From Macrostomum lignano (taxonomy: Eukaryota), in the NCBI GenBank assembly GCA_002269645.1, contig NIVC01002633.1, forward strand, positions 21,154 to 85,153: a stretch of DNA of 64,000 bases. The letters run 5' to 3'. Under the pieces are notes generated by a model. It ran no database searches, was not told the DNA's origin, and was given only the letters and a program-made list of their open reading frames with translations. The translations under genes and the position numbers were made by a program. Of the stretch, positions 1-11,940 are shown in pieces; the stretch's first letter is position 1, and each line of letters opens with the position of its first letter.

Positions 1-1316
1 ACAGGCTACCCGATGATTTTAGGCGTCTACCCGCTTCAAATCGTCCAGAAAATGCGCCTAACCTATGCAGCTTCTAGTGTGGAACTTTTTTAGGTGAAAA
101 ACTGAAAGATTATGATGAAATTCACGTTTATTTTTGTTGGTAGTGTTTTACTCCAAAAAGCTACCCAAAACTACCCGACCCCTACCCACGTCATTGAGAA
201 TCGAAAAACAATATAGCTAAGCTTACTTTTACATCTTCTGCCATAATGTATAATATCAAGTGGTTTTAACGTGTATGAGCAAAGTTAAGGTTATGGGTAA
301 TTTGTTTTACTGTATTTTACTTTCGAATTTTTTAACAGGCATTTTCGTTTACGTTTGACTTAGTTATTGTGTAGCCCGTTAAGCTAGCGTAAGGTGCAAA
401 CTAATATTAAAGCATCGTTTTTTAGTTGATGCATAGTATAGAAAATAAATTACCTCTAATAGAGGCTCGGTATATTTTTGCCTCAATTCAAAGTGAATTT
501 CACTGTCGAAGTTTTTTATGGTTAACATTAAATAAATTTAATGTTTAAATTAATTAAATAATTATTTTCAATTAATACTTAAATACTTAAATCAAATTAA
601 ATGAAATTAAATTATTATAATTAAATTATTAATATAATTATTTAATTATAATTATTAAATAATCATTATTTAATTGGAACTAATTATTTAATTTAATTTA
701 ATTAATTAATTTAATTTAATTTGATTTAACTATTTAATTATTTAATTGAAAATAATTATTTAATTAATTTAAACATTAAATTTATTTAATGTTAACCATA
801 AAAAACTTCGACAGTGAAATTCACTTTGAATTGAGGCAAAAATATACCGAGCCTCTATTAGAGGTAATTTATTTTCTATACTATGCATCAACTAAAAAAC
901 GATGCTCTAATATTAGTTTGCACCTTACGCTAGCTTAACGGGCTACACAATAACTAAGTCAAACGTAAACGAAAATGCCTGTTAAAAAATTCGAAAGTAA
1001 AATACAGTAAAACAAATTACCCATAACCTTAACTTTGCTCATACACGTTAAAACCACTTGATATTATACATTATGACAGAAGATGTAAAAGTAAGCTTAG
1101 CTATATTGATTTTCGATTCTCAATGACGTGGGTAGGGGTCGGGTAGTTTTGGGTAGCTTTTTGGAGTAAAACACTACCAACAAAAATAAACGTGAATTTC
1201 ATCATAATCTTTCAGTTTTTCACCTAAAAAAGTTCCACACTAGAAGCTGCATAGGTTAGGCGCATTTTCTGGACGATTTGAAGCGGGTAGACGCCTAAAA
1301 TCATCGGGTAGCCTGT
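1..1316. mobile_element. Foldback / long inverted-repeat element. Arms are about 1-574 and 743-1316, with an almost pure A/T spacer; the left arm probably continues upstream of the window.
   Basis: 1-28 (acaggctacccgatgattttaggcgtct) is the exact reverse complement of 1289-1316. Pairing continues inward to atgtttaaattaattaaataattattttcaatta (541-574) versus 743-775. Only a few substitutions between arms were seen by eye. Confidence 0.9.
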
Positions 1317-3335
1317 TACCCCATTTTTCGGGTAGTGTTTTACCCCTTACCTACAACATCGATTTTCTATTTTTCCCTGCTTAGAATCTTGCTGTTCCGT
1401 CATTAGTCGTTAATCGGCTGAAAAAACCGTAAAAAAATTCTTGACGCCCTTTCAAATACCTTACTTAATACAAATATCGTGTAGTACTCGTTTTCAGCGA
1501 TCGTGTAAAATTTAACCTTTTGAATAAATACTAAATAAATCGGATCATACTGGCATAACAGGCTCCTTAAGCCTAAGCCAAATTTACTACTACTACTTTA
1601 CTACTACTACTGTAGCCAAACAGGCTAATTGCCGGAGCCAAATTCTTACTACTACTACTACTACTAACCGAAGATACGGCGGTCATCCCAGATAGAGTCC
1701 GGCCTGTTTTTTTAAATATACCCTTATAGCTGACTGCATTTCTAGAGAGTATTTGTATCGTATACATGTCGTTTGGACTGCAATAGGGGACTATAATAGA
1801 AAAGTGTAAAATTGAATTGTAGACATGTTGTATGATTTGTATCATATTTTCATTTTACTTTAGGCTTCTAATTACTTTCCCTAAGGTCAGGAGGAATCCT
1901 ATAGTATAGGAGTGGAGTTGTAGTCGCCTATCTTATTTTTAATTCAATTTATTTGAAAAAAATACAGATTTTTTAAGTTTAAAATATTATTTGCCTATTC
2001 TATTGGTTTAATTAAAATTTGCATTTAGGCAAGAGCCTTAGCCTAGGCCCTTAGGGCCTGGTCTTTCATTCCATCCTGAATTTTGCTTAACTTGGCCCTG
2101 ATGGCCTGATTAAGTTGTCACAGATCTTATTTGTCTTGTCATAGGCCCTATAATATTTCAAAAAGAATTAAATAAAATGGAAGATAAAGGTAAACAGAAT
2201 TTGTCTAAAACTGAGACAGAGTGTCAGCATTTTGCCAATTTAATTGAAAAACAAAAGGTTGATAACATCACATTAGAGTTTTTTTATAAGCCCCATACTC
2301 TCACTTTATTGGCTATAACAATTACATGGATAATATATATGGCCTTAAACAGGTAAGGATGCAACATATTTTTTTAAATAAAAAAACTAGGTCTAAGGCT
2401 AGGTATATTTTTATGGCTATGTTTATAATAGTTAGACCTATAAAGAATCTTAGACTTTCAGTAAGTTTAAACTCTTTAAATTCAAATTATATAAACACTT
2501 TTAATTTTGCCTTTAAACTAAAGAATATCAAAAACTTAATTTAGGTTAACTATAAAATATGTTTTTGTGATCTTATGTACAAGCCTAGCTATATGCTTAC
2601 CTTAATATCAAAGTTTGCTTAGATATTTGTATATTAAACTTAACATCTATATTTTTTTCAATTTGATTCAATGGGGATAAAAACTAGAATCCAACAAATA
2701 CATTTGAATGCAAAATTGAATCTTGAAATTGAATTGAAATCTATTTTTACTTTATCTTTTGAATTGTTGCAATATTCCTAACTTTTATCCTTGTAAGAAT
2801 ATATTTATCAATAGTAAATATCTTTCTCTAAATTTATTTTTTATAATATAAGTAACTCTTAAAATAGCCATTTTAGAATTTTTATTTTAAAAAGTAAACA
2901 GAGTATCAAAAAAGTACTGATTCTTTTAACCATAGCTCTCATTCTATAGCTTCCTATGATTTAAAATGTTATGAACTGATAATAAAAAAATCTCTTCTAC
3001 AGACTGCTTTTTGAGTTTTTAAAATTGATACTAGAGAATGAAGGTTATACCCATTAAAGTGATAGTACCTGTACCGTAGAGTTACTCAAACTATATCAAA
3101 ATTTATAATAGTCAACTTCTGCACTCATTCATTAAGAAGGCATCAATAAATGTCTTGTTTAAGCAATACCAAAGCCCAATTGCAAAATGATGCTTACTGT
3201 GACTAACTAAAATTTGTCCATGGATAGGATCATGCACAGAAAAATAAGCATTAAATTCATTACTTTACTTGCAAACAAAGGAGCTTGCATTTTATGATTT
3301 GTTCATGCTTTCATTGCCTATACTCAACATCACAC

Positions 3336-3682
3336 ATGGATATGCACTCAGTTGTTGCTCAGCAAAGTACTATCTTCACTCTTTGGGGTGCTGGCCATAG
3401 TGCCTCAGAAATTCATGCAAAACTTTGCTCTTTGCATGGATCCTCTGTGGTGAGCAAATTGACAGTTTATTGTATTGATGGATGGAGCAATTCAGCAAGG
3501 GAAAGACTGACTTGGCAGATCAGCATCGGATGGGGCGGCCATATGTTCATCAACCTGATGTACTGGCAGACTCCATTCTGGATCTTCTTGATAAGGACTC
3601 CCAAATGACCATTAGAGATATTGCTGACAGGTTGGACAAGCCGAAATCAACAATTCATTGAAGCTTACTTGGCATGGATCTC
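3336..3682 (+). pseudogene. Mariner-type transposase N-terminal (paired/HTH) remnant
   Basis: MDMHSVVAQQSTIFTLWGAGHSASEIHAKLCSLHGSSVVSKLTVY, then a frameshift, then WMEQFSKGKTDLADQHRMGRP...MTIRDIADRLDKPKSTIH*SLLGMDL. This has the GRP motif and HTH pattern of mariner transposases. After the satellite it continues as MKLSL*FV*, resembling a decayed KxxARWVP motif. Confidence 0.75.
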
Positions 3683-5302
3683 AAGCCGAAATCAACAATT
3701 CATTGAAGCTTACTCGGCATGGATCTCAAGCCAAAATCAACAATTCATTGAAGCTTACTTGGCATGGATCTCAAGCTGAAATCAACAATTCATTGAAGCT
3801 TACTCGGCATGGATCTCAAGCTGAAATCAACAATTCATTGAAGCTTACTTGGCATGGATCTCAAGCCAAAATCAACAATTCATTGAAGCTTACTTGGCAT
3901 GGATCTCAAGCCAAAATCAACAATTCATCAAAGCTTACTCGGCATGGATCTCAAGCCGAAATCAACAATTCATTGAAGCTTACTCGGCATGGATCTCAAG
4001 CCGAAGTCAACAATTCATTGAAGCTTACTCGGCATGGATCTCAAGCCGAAATCAACAATTCATTGAAGCTTACTTGGCATGGATCTCAAGCCGAAATCAA
4101 CAATTCATTGAAGCTTACTTGGCATGGATCTCAAGCCAAAATCAACAATTCATTGAAGCTTACTCGGCATGGATCTCAAGCCGAAGTCAACAATTCATTG
4201 AAGCTTACTTGGCATGGATCTCAAGCCGAAATCAACAATTCATTGAAGCTTACTCGGCATGGATCTCAAGCCAAAATCAACAATTCATCAAAGCTTACTC
4301 GGCATGGATCTCAAGCCAAAATCAACAATTCATTGAAGCTTACTCAGCATGGATCTCAAGCCGAAATCAACAATTCATTGAAGCTTACTCGGCATGGATC
4401 TCAAGCCGAAATCAACAATTCATTGAAGCTTACTCGGCATGGATCTCAAGCCGAAATCAACAATTCATTGAAGCTTACTCGGCATGGATCTCAAGCCGAA
4501 ATCAACAATTCATTGAAGCTTACTCGGCATGGATCTCAAGCCAAAATCAACAATTCATTGAAGCTTACTCGGCATGGATCTCAAGCCGAAATCAACAATT
4601 CATCAAAGCTTACTCGGCATGGATCTCAAGCCGAAATCAACAATTCATTGAAGCTTACTTGGCATGGATCTCAAGCCGAAATCAACAATTCATTTAAGCT
4701 TATTCGGCATGGATCTCAAGCCGAAATCAACAATTCATTGAAGCTTACTCGGCATGGATCTCAAGCCGAAATCAACAATTCATTGAAGCTTACTTGGCAT
4801 GGATCTCAAGCCGAAATCAACAATTCATTGAAGCTTACTTGGCATGGATCTCAAGCCGAAATCAACAATTCATTGAAGCTTACTTGGCATGGATCTCAAG
4901 CCAAAATCAACAATTCATTGAAGCTTACTCGGCATGGATCTCAAGCCAAAATCAACAATTCATTGAAGCTTACTTGGCATAGATCTTAAGCCGAAATCAA
5001 CAATTCATTGAAGCTTACTCGGCATGGATCTCAAGCCGAAATCAACAATTCATTGAAGCTTACTCGGCATGGATCTCAAGCCGAAATCAACAATTCATTG
5101 AAGCTTACTTGGCATGGATCTCAAGCCGAAATCAACAATTCATTGAAGCTTACTCGGCATGGATCTCAAGCCGAAATCAACAATTCATTGAAGCTTACTC
5201 GGCATGGATCTCAAGCCGAAATCAACAATTCATTGAAGCTTACTTGGCATGGATCTCAAGCCGAAATCAACAATTCATTGAAGCTTATTCGGCATGGATC
5301 TC
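3638..5302 (+). repeat. 45-bp tandem array, 37 copies (aagccgaaatcaacaattcattgaagcttactcggcatggatctc)
   Basis: Seen directly; 1665 bp divided by 45 gives 37 copies. Variants are mostly at CG sites (tcggc/ttggc, ccgaa/ccaaa). Confidence 0.97.
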
Positions 5303-6110
5303 ATGAAGCTCAGCCTATAATTTGTGTAACTCTATGGTACAGGTATTGTTGCTTTCATGGGTGTAACTTTTGTTCTCTGGTATCAGTTTTGAAAATTCGA
5401 AGGGCAGTTTGTAGAAGAGATTTGCTGCTATCAGTTTAAAAAATTTTAAATCACAGGAGGCTATAGAATGGGAGCTACGGTTGAAAGTATCACTACTTTT
5501 TGGACACCCCTAATAATTTAGCTAGATCAAAGATCAACTTTTTTATCTTAAGGGCTAGACAAAGAATCTACTGTTTGACTATAGGCCAGAAGAAAAAATA
5601 TAGTTCAATATTAATTTTTATGAACTTTCATTATATGTAGCTAGGTTTACTTTACTTAGCTTCCTTTATAATAGTATAAATTGACTAGTATGTATATCAA
5701 AACATCACTTTTGTAAGAGCTATGTAAATTTTTTTTAATGATTATTTTTTGTCTCTATTTGGTTGAATGTTTTCACTGCAATATCCCTATGCATGCCAGC
5801 TCCTTGGGCTTTAAGGTAATAATTAATACTCCCCAATTACATAAATTACCATTCTTCACTAGCATTAATTGCAAAAGCAATTTTGCTTCTAATTGACAGA
5901 TTTGCCACAATTCGCACTTTACAGGGCCAATACCACCCTGAAGCAAGATGTCTGGGATGGAGGAATAGCCGTTTGTATCATATTTCTCATAATATCCATA
6001 CTGGTAATGCCGAATGGTGAGTTTCAATTGTCTCCAATGCATCCTGCAGCTGCACTTAATTGATGAAAACTCCTCAAATTGGACTAATTGTTTCCCCTAT
6101 TGATCGCCAG

Positions 6111-9100
6111 GTCCATTCAATCGGCCGCATCCGGCAGTTTGGAGAATCGTGTTTGGTAAAAGAGCAGTTTCTATACCTACCGTCCCTACAGTATTTCTGC
6201 ATGGTTTCTATGCGCTTGAGAATTGTAACTTTCCCGTTGTAAATCGTTATTTGCATTTGTGCGCGCTCGTTTAGGCACCAGTCGGCTGCACGAGATTTTG
6301 GTTAAACGGTAAAGTGCTTGCTACAGTAATTTACTTCAACAATGTGTTGGATCCCCTCTCAATCTGTACCACCAGTGTACCAGAGTGGTTTGTGTGAAAC
6401 CTTTGCTTCTAAGTACACTAGCATGGTTGCATGTATTTAATTTATTTTGGTTCTCGGCAAATATTTCGCTGCAGCTTTAAATGTAATAAATAATCTTGAA
6501 ACGCGATATTCTGCCATCTCTGGCTCTTATGTCTGAGTGTTATGCCGTGCACTTGACTGCCGTCTGTCTGATGCATTCTGGTCTTGCCTATCTGCTGTGT
6601 AGAGTGCATTGGATGTGCTACGTACATCATTCTGATGCTCAGTGCATCTCTTGCGTCTTGTGCGCTGCTACTCTCACTTTCACTTCCTTTGCGAACCGCT
6701 TTCTTTATCATTGCGTTCTCGCCCCACTCACTGTTAAGTAAACTCAACTTGTCTTTAATTTTTGTAATGGGATTGCATCAATTAAATTTTATCTGTACAA
6801 AAGATAAAGCGTCATGTATTACTATTCAGTAGTTCTGGTTGTATATTCGAGCTGTAAGCGGACGAAAACACCAGGAATTTCATAAGCGATATTTTAGACC
6901 TATTGCAAAAATTTGTCGTCCAGACACGCAAAACGGTAAAAAATGCAGCCCAATTCTTCTAAAATAATTGTTCCCCGTCGCAAATAACGTTTTGATCCAC
7001 ACATCGCTGCACCGCAGGCGTGAGCGTGCTTTATTTCCTGGTCATGGTGTTCGTCTGCTTTCTGAGCTACGAGGACGCGAGGCGGGCGCTGCACTTCATG
7101 TACCCCGACCTGCACAGCATGACCATCGACGAAATTCTCGACAAGGTGCGGCCTCTTGTTTGCGTGCATTGGCTTTTTTTACTATTACAGGTTCTACTAC
7201 TGGACTCACGGGTCACAGGAATGGGCATGTTTTGCAATTTTCACCTGTTGCCGCCTGGCTACAGGACCACTGTCGCGAGAAGTTGTGCTAATACTCTCAG
7301 CTCCAAGCATACTAATTAGCACACTTTTTGCCCACAGGACTACGCCGTAAACTGCTCTGAGGTGACTGTGGCCCGTCTATACGCCCACCTGGATGGATTC
7401 GCTGTCGCCCACCTGTTCGGCTGGGTGATGAAGGCTGTGCTGCTGCGCCACTACGGCCTGGCTTGGCTTCTGTCAGTGAACTGGGAGATCACCGAGCTGG
7501 CCTTCTCTCACATCCTGCCGAACTTCCGCGAGTGCTGGTGGGACATTGTGCTGTTGGATGTGCTGCTGTGCAACGGGCTGGGCATCTACCTGGGCATGCA
7601 GCTGTGCAAGTGGCTGGAGATGCGCAGCTACCACTGGGAGAGCATTAGGTAAAAAAACTAAGTATGAGCCCTGAGTGAGCAAATGTAATAAGACTGAAAA
7701 TTCTAGAAGGGGAACCTATTGTCTCACTTCACTAGGCCTGGCTGAATTTTTACAGAGCCATCTGTACCGAAACAGAAATAGGCCTCCTGCAAAGATAAAC
7801 ATTTGTTTGTCCAGTTCGATTTTTGTTGCTTTGATTTTTTACTTTTGTGACAGGCTCTAGAAAGCTGCGTTTTCCACAGCTTGTACCCCGGCTAGCAACT
7901 CATAGCTCAGAGCTGAGTTAATCCTCCGCGCTCTCCCCACAGGTCAATCAACTCCACCACAGGCAAAATCAAGCGAGCTTTCTTTCAGTTTACACCCGGC
8001 AGGTGAGTGTTGTTGCTCAGACCTGTTGGTTAGTAAATTCAGCGATGCAATGCAGCCTGACACCGCCGCTTTCAGCTGGACCCCCACACGCTGGCTGGAC
8101 CCAGAGAGCTCCTTCATGCGGGTCATTGCCGTGTCCATCCTGGTGGTCATGACCCAGCTGGCCGAGCTCAACTGCTTCTTCTTGAAGCATATCTTCTTGG
8201 TGAGGCCCAGCCACCCCACTACACTGGGCCGCCTGGTCCTAATATCCGCCATCAGCGCTCCGGCCATCAGGTTAGTAATTCAGCTTTCTCATTTTCAAAA
8301 TTGGACTTTTCTCGTATCACCAAGCCAAGTGGAGATCCGCCTGCTAATTTTAGCTGAGAACTTCGATTCTAAAATTTAGTCCTCTTACTGGGGTCAACTT
8401 TTGAGCCTTATTTGGCCGGCGGCCTCTTCACCCGGCCGAGTGTTGCGCATGTGTGCTCCCTGGGCCCATCAGCAAGGGCGCGGGATTTCAGATGTACTCG
8501 TATTGCTACGGGAATAAGGGATTTTCTAGTGCCCTTTTTACTGCAACTTTTATTTGCTTTTCGATTCTATGACAGTTGCATTCTCATTAATTTTGTCGGT
8601 ACTTTTCTTATCGTATATAGCTGCTAGCTAGAGTAACCTGATCCATCCGCAGACAGTACTACCTGTACGTGACGGACCCGCTCGTCAACCGTGTTGGCAC
8701 TCAACTGTGGGTGTTCGTGTAAGTTTGCTGCTTTCAAAACAGTGCTCCAAAAAGCTGCACCAAAAAAGGACGCAGGCTGCCACTCCTTATAGCCACCTGC
8801 CAGTCGGTGGAGAGTCATTGTTATCCCATCTTCTGACCTTTCGCAGAGCCGTTGTCGTGACCGAGGCCATCGTTTGCCTGAAGTTTGGCCGGCACTTCTT
8901 CGAGAAGACAGTCATTCTCAACATTGTTCTCTGGATTGTCTACTCGGTGAGGGAAAGTTTTCAAAATCGTTTTATATCGCTGTCAGTTGCCACAGGTGTA
9001 GCAGCAATAGTTGTAATGCCAATTCTTAAGTAGATTTCTCAGAACCCACACGTCATACTCCCCAGACTCCTCCATCATTGTATTCCCTGCCGCAGGTCAT

Positions 9101-10458
9101 GCTCCCCATCATTGTGTTCCCTGCCACAGGTCATGCTCTCCATCATTGTGTTCCCTGCCGCAGGTCATGCTCTCCATCATTGTGTTCCCTGCCGCAGGTC
9201 ATGCTCTCCATCATTGTGTTCCCTGCCACAGGTCATGCTCTCCATCATTGTATTCCCTGCCGCAGGTCATGCTCCCCATCATTGTGTTCCCTGCCGCAGG
9301 TCATGCTCCCCATCATTGTGTTCCCTGCCACAGGTCATGCTCTCCATCATTGTGTTCCCTGCCGCAGGTCATGCTCTCCATTTTAGTGTTCCCTGCCGCA
9401 GATCATGCTCTCCATCATAGTATTCCCTGCCGCAGATCATGCTCTCCATCCTTGATGCTCCCATGCTCCCTCCCGCATCCCGCAGATCATGCTCTCCATT
9501 TTAGTGTTCCCTGCCGCAGATCATGCTCCTCATCATAGTGTTCCCTGCCGCAGGTCATGCTCTCCATCCTTGAGTTTCCTCCCGCAGATCATGCTCTCCA
9601 TCCTTGAGTTCCCTCCCGCAGATCATGCTCTCCATCCTTGAGTTCCCTCCTGCAGATCATGTTCTCCATCCTTGAGTTCCCTCCCGCAGATCATGCTCTC
9701 CATCCTTGAGTTCCCTCCTGCAGATCATGCTCTCCATCCTTGAGTTCCCTCCCGCAGATCATGCTCTCCATCCTTGAGTTCCCTCCCGCAGATCATGCTC
9801 TCCATCCTTGAGTTCCCTCCTGCAGATCATGCTCTCCATCCTTGAGTTCCCTCCCGCAGATCATGTCTCATTGTGTTCGTTCCCACAGATCATGTCTCAT
9901 TGTGTTCGTTCCCACAGATCATGTCTCATTGTGTTCGTTCCCACAGATCATGTCTCATTGTGTTCGTTCCCACAGATCATGTCTCATTGTGTTCGTTCCC
10001 ACAGATCATGTCTCATTGTGTTCGTTCCCACAGATCATGTCTCATTGTGTTCGTTTCCGCAGATCATGTCTCATTGTGTTCCCCCGCAGATCATGTCTCA
10101 TTGTGTTCGTTCCCGCAGATCATGTCTCATTGTGTTCCCCCGCAGATCATGTCTCATTGTGTTCGTTCCCGCAGATCATGTCTCATTGTGTTCCCCCGCA
10201 GATCATGTCTCATTGTGTTCCCCCGCAGATCATGTCTCATTGTGTTCCCCCGCAGATCATGTCTCATTGTGTTCCCCGCAGATCATGTCTCATTGTGTTC
10301 CCCCGCAGATCATGTCCTCCTTCTTCATCGTATTCCTGTGCGCATTCGTGGCCAAGGCCCGCTGCAGCCGGCGCAGCAGCGCCAAAACGAACGGCTACAG
10401 CAGTGAGGCCGGTAGCTCACCGAACGGTTGCCAGTTGGATGCGAAGAAGCAGTCTTAA
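6111..10458 (+). CDS. PTDSS1: Phosphatidylserine synthase 1 (PSS1); 5' exons lie upstream of the window
   Basis: Exons 6111-6155, 7018-7145, 7338-7648, 7943-8002, 8076-8270, 8653-8718, 8847-8946, 10309-10458, all AG/GT bounded with continuous phase. Motifs [77 protein letters not shown] and EAIVCLKFG match the PSS1 family. Confidence 0.93.
9070..10315 (+). repeat. Compound minisatellite (34-bp, then 27-28-bp units) filling the last PTDSS1 intron; each unit contains ccgcag|atcatg or a close variant
   Basis: Seen directly. The last unit overlaps the functional acceptor at 10308/10309. Confidence 0.95.
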
Positions 10459-11738
10459 AATAAGAGCAGCAGTCGCTTCAGGCAGCGGTCTCTGTGCAGT
10501 AATTCACTCACTGTATCCACTAGATAAAATAGAATTGACAAAATCAAGAGGCTTGAAGTTTCAAAGCAAACTGTTAATAAGACAAATCACATTGGAACTG
10601 AAAATTGGCCGGTCACATGGAACTGAAAATTTAACTGAAAGTTTTAGTTACTTAAAAGTCCAAATAAGCTACTATCCTGCATGCCCATTGCTGTTGTAAT
10701 ACTCAACATCGTAATCTTATTAATTTTATAAGTTTGAGTTCAATTTCGGTACAATTTTAGCCCTTGTGATGACAATACCAGTTTTTTTCCTTTGTTTTAC
10801 AGTTTTTTTAGACTGATAATTGCAGCATGCCATTGTAGCATTGTTATTCTCTGAAACCCAGTGGTGAAATTCGCGCAAGGTTGCTGATAGATCTGTAGCT
10901 GTCAGACTAGTGTCAGGACGCATAGCTTAGGTCTTCTCCACGCATCCAACTTAAACTCAGCACTTGTGCTGCTTTAAACACTGATTTTGGTTTTTTGTAC
11001 AGTATCAGGAGAATTCCAGAATTGCTGCGAGTAATTCCAGCTCAATAATCTTTCTGTTATGACAAATATTGCAGAGATGTGGCGGCTGGCGGCTCTAAGC
11101 TAGTATTATTGAGCCGCATCTGCATCTTCAGCTGTCTATTTTGGTGTTAGCTTTAGTTTTTGTCCGCGAATTCGCATTATTTCTATTACAAGATGTTTTC
11201 AAAGCTGCACTCATGCTGTACTAGAATTTAGAGCTCATGCTCTCCCGATGCAATACAGCACTGCTTACTGTGGCTTAGTTATCTGTTTCCGGCCAGTTTT
11301 TGGCTTGGAGACGGGCTCGTAGTTTAGCTATCTTTGTCCAACAATGTCTGACAGAAACCGCAACGCACTAATTATTAAATTTCAGTAGCAATCGCAGTAT
11401 TCTTCATTTTGCATCTGCAAAGTATTATCGCGCTTATTAGCTGATGAAGCTTATTTAAGCTGCAGCGCATTTTCCCTGCAGCCCGTGTTTGAGTCCCCTT
11501 TTCACAGGTTTCTTTTCCAATTTCCACCTCGATGGTTATGTCTGCTGGATTAAACCTTGAGCTTGTTTAACTAATTCAGTTAGGTACACAGCGCTGTCTA
11601 CATATTTTCATCATAAATACCGTCTGCGATGCACTTTTGTACCACTGCACCACTTTGTATCTCTGCTGCTGGAAGCTGAAAAAGTATTTGTTTGCTGTTG
11701 CTTTTATCTGTTTTGAATTGCTGACAGTCTAAGCGTAA

Positions 11739-11940
11739 TGGCACTCAGTGGTACAGGAAATTGAAGCGTCACTGAGCAGTGGCACTCAGTGGTACAGGAA
11801 ATTGAAGCGTCACTGAGCAGTGGCACTCAATGGTACAGGGAATTGAAGCGTCACTGAGCAGTGGCACACAATGGTACAGGGAATTGAAGCGTCACTGAGC
11901 AGTGGCACTCAATGGAACAGGGAATCGCAGTGTCACTGAC
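11739..11940. repeat. 41-bp tandem repeat, about 5 copies (tggcactcagtggtacaggaaattgaagcgtcactgagcag)
   Basis: Seen directly. Confidence 0.9.

Larger units (their letters stand above)
2899..5511 (+). mobile_element. Decayed Tc1/mariner DNA transposon with about 200-bp imperfect terminal inverted repeats, internally deleted and containing a 45-bp satellite
   Basis: 2899-3095 aligns with the reverse complement of about 5318-5511; the right end reads ...actactttttggacacccct, a typical Tc1/mariner end. A transposase N-terminal remnant lies between the repeats. Confidence 0.8.

Noticed and set aside
3658-5439. Long ORFs (443, 282 and 143 aa)
   Set aside because: They are translations of the stop-free frames of the 45-bp satellite; the true transposase frame has a stop in every unit.
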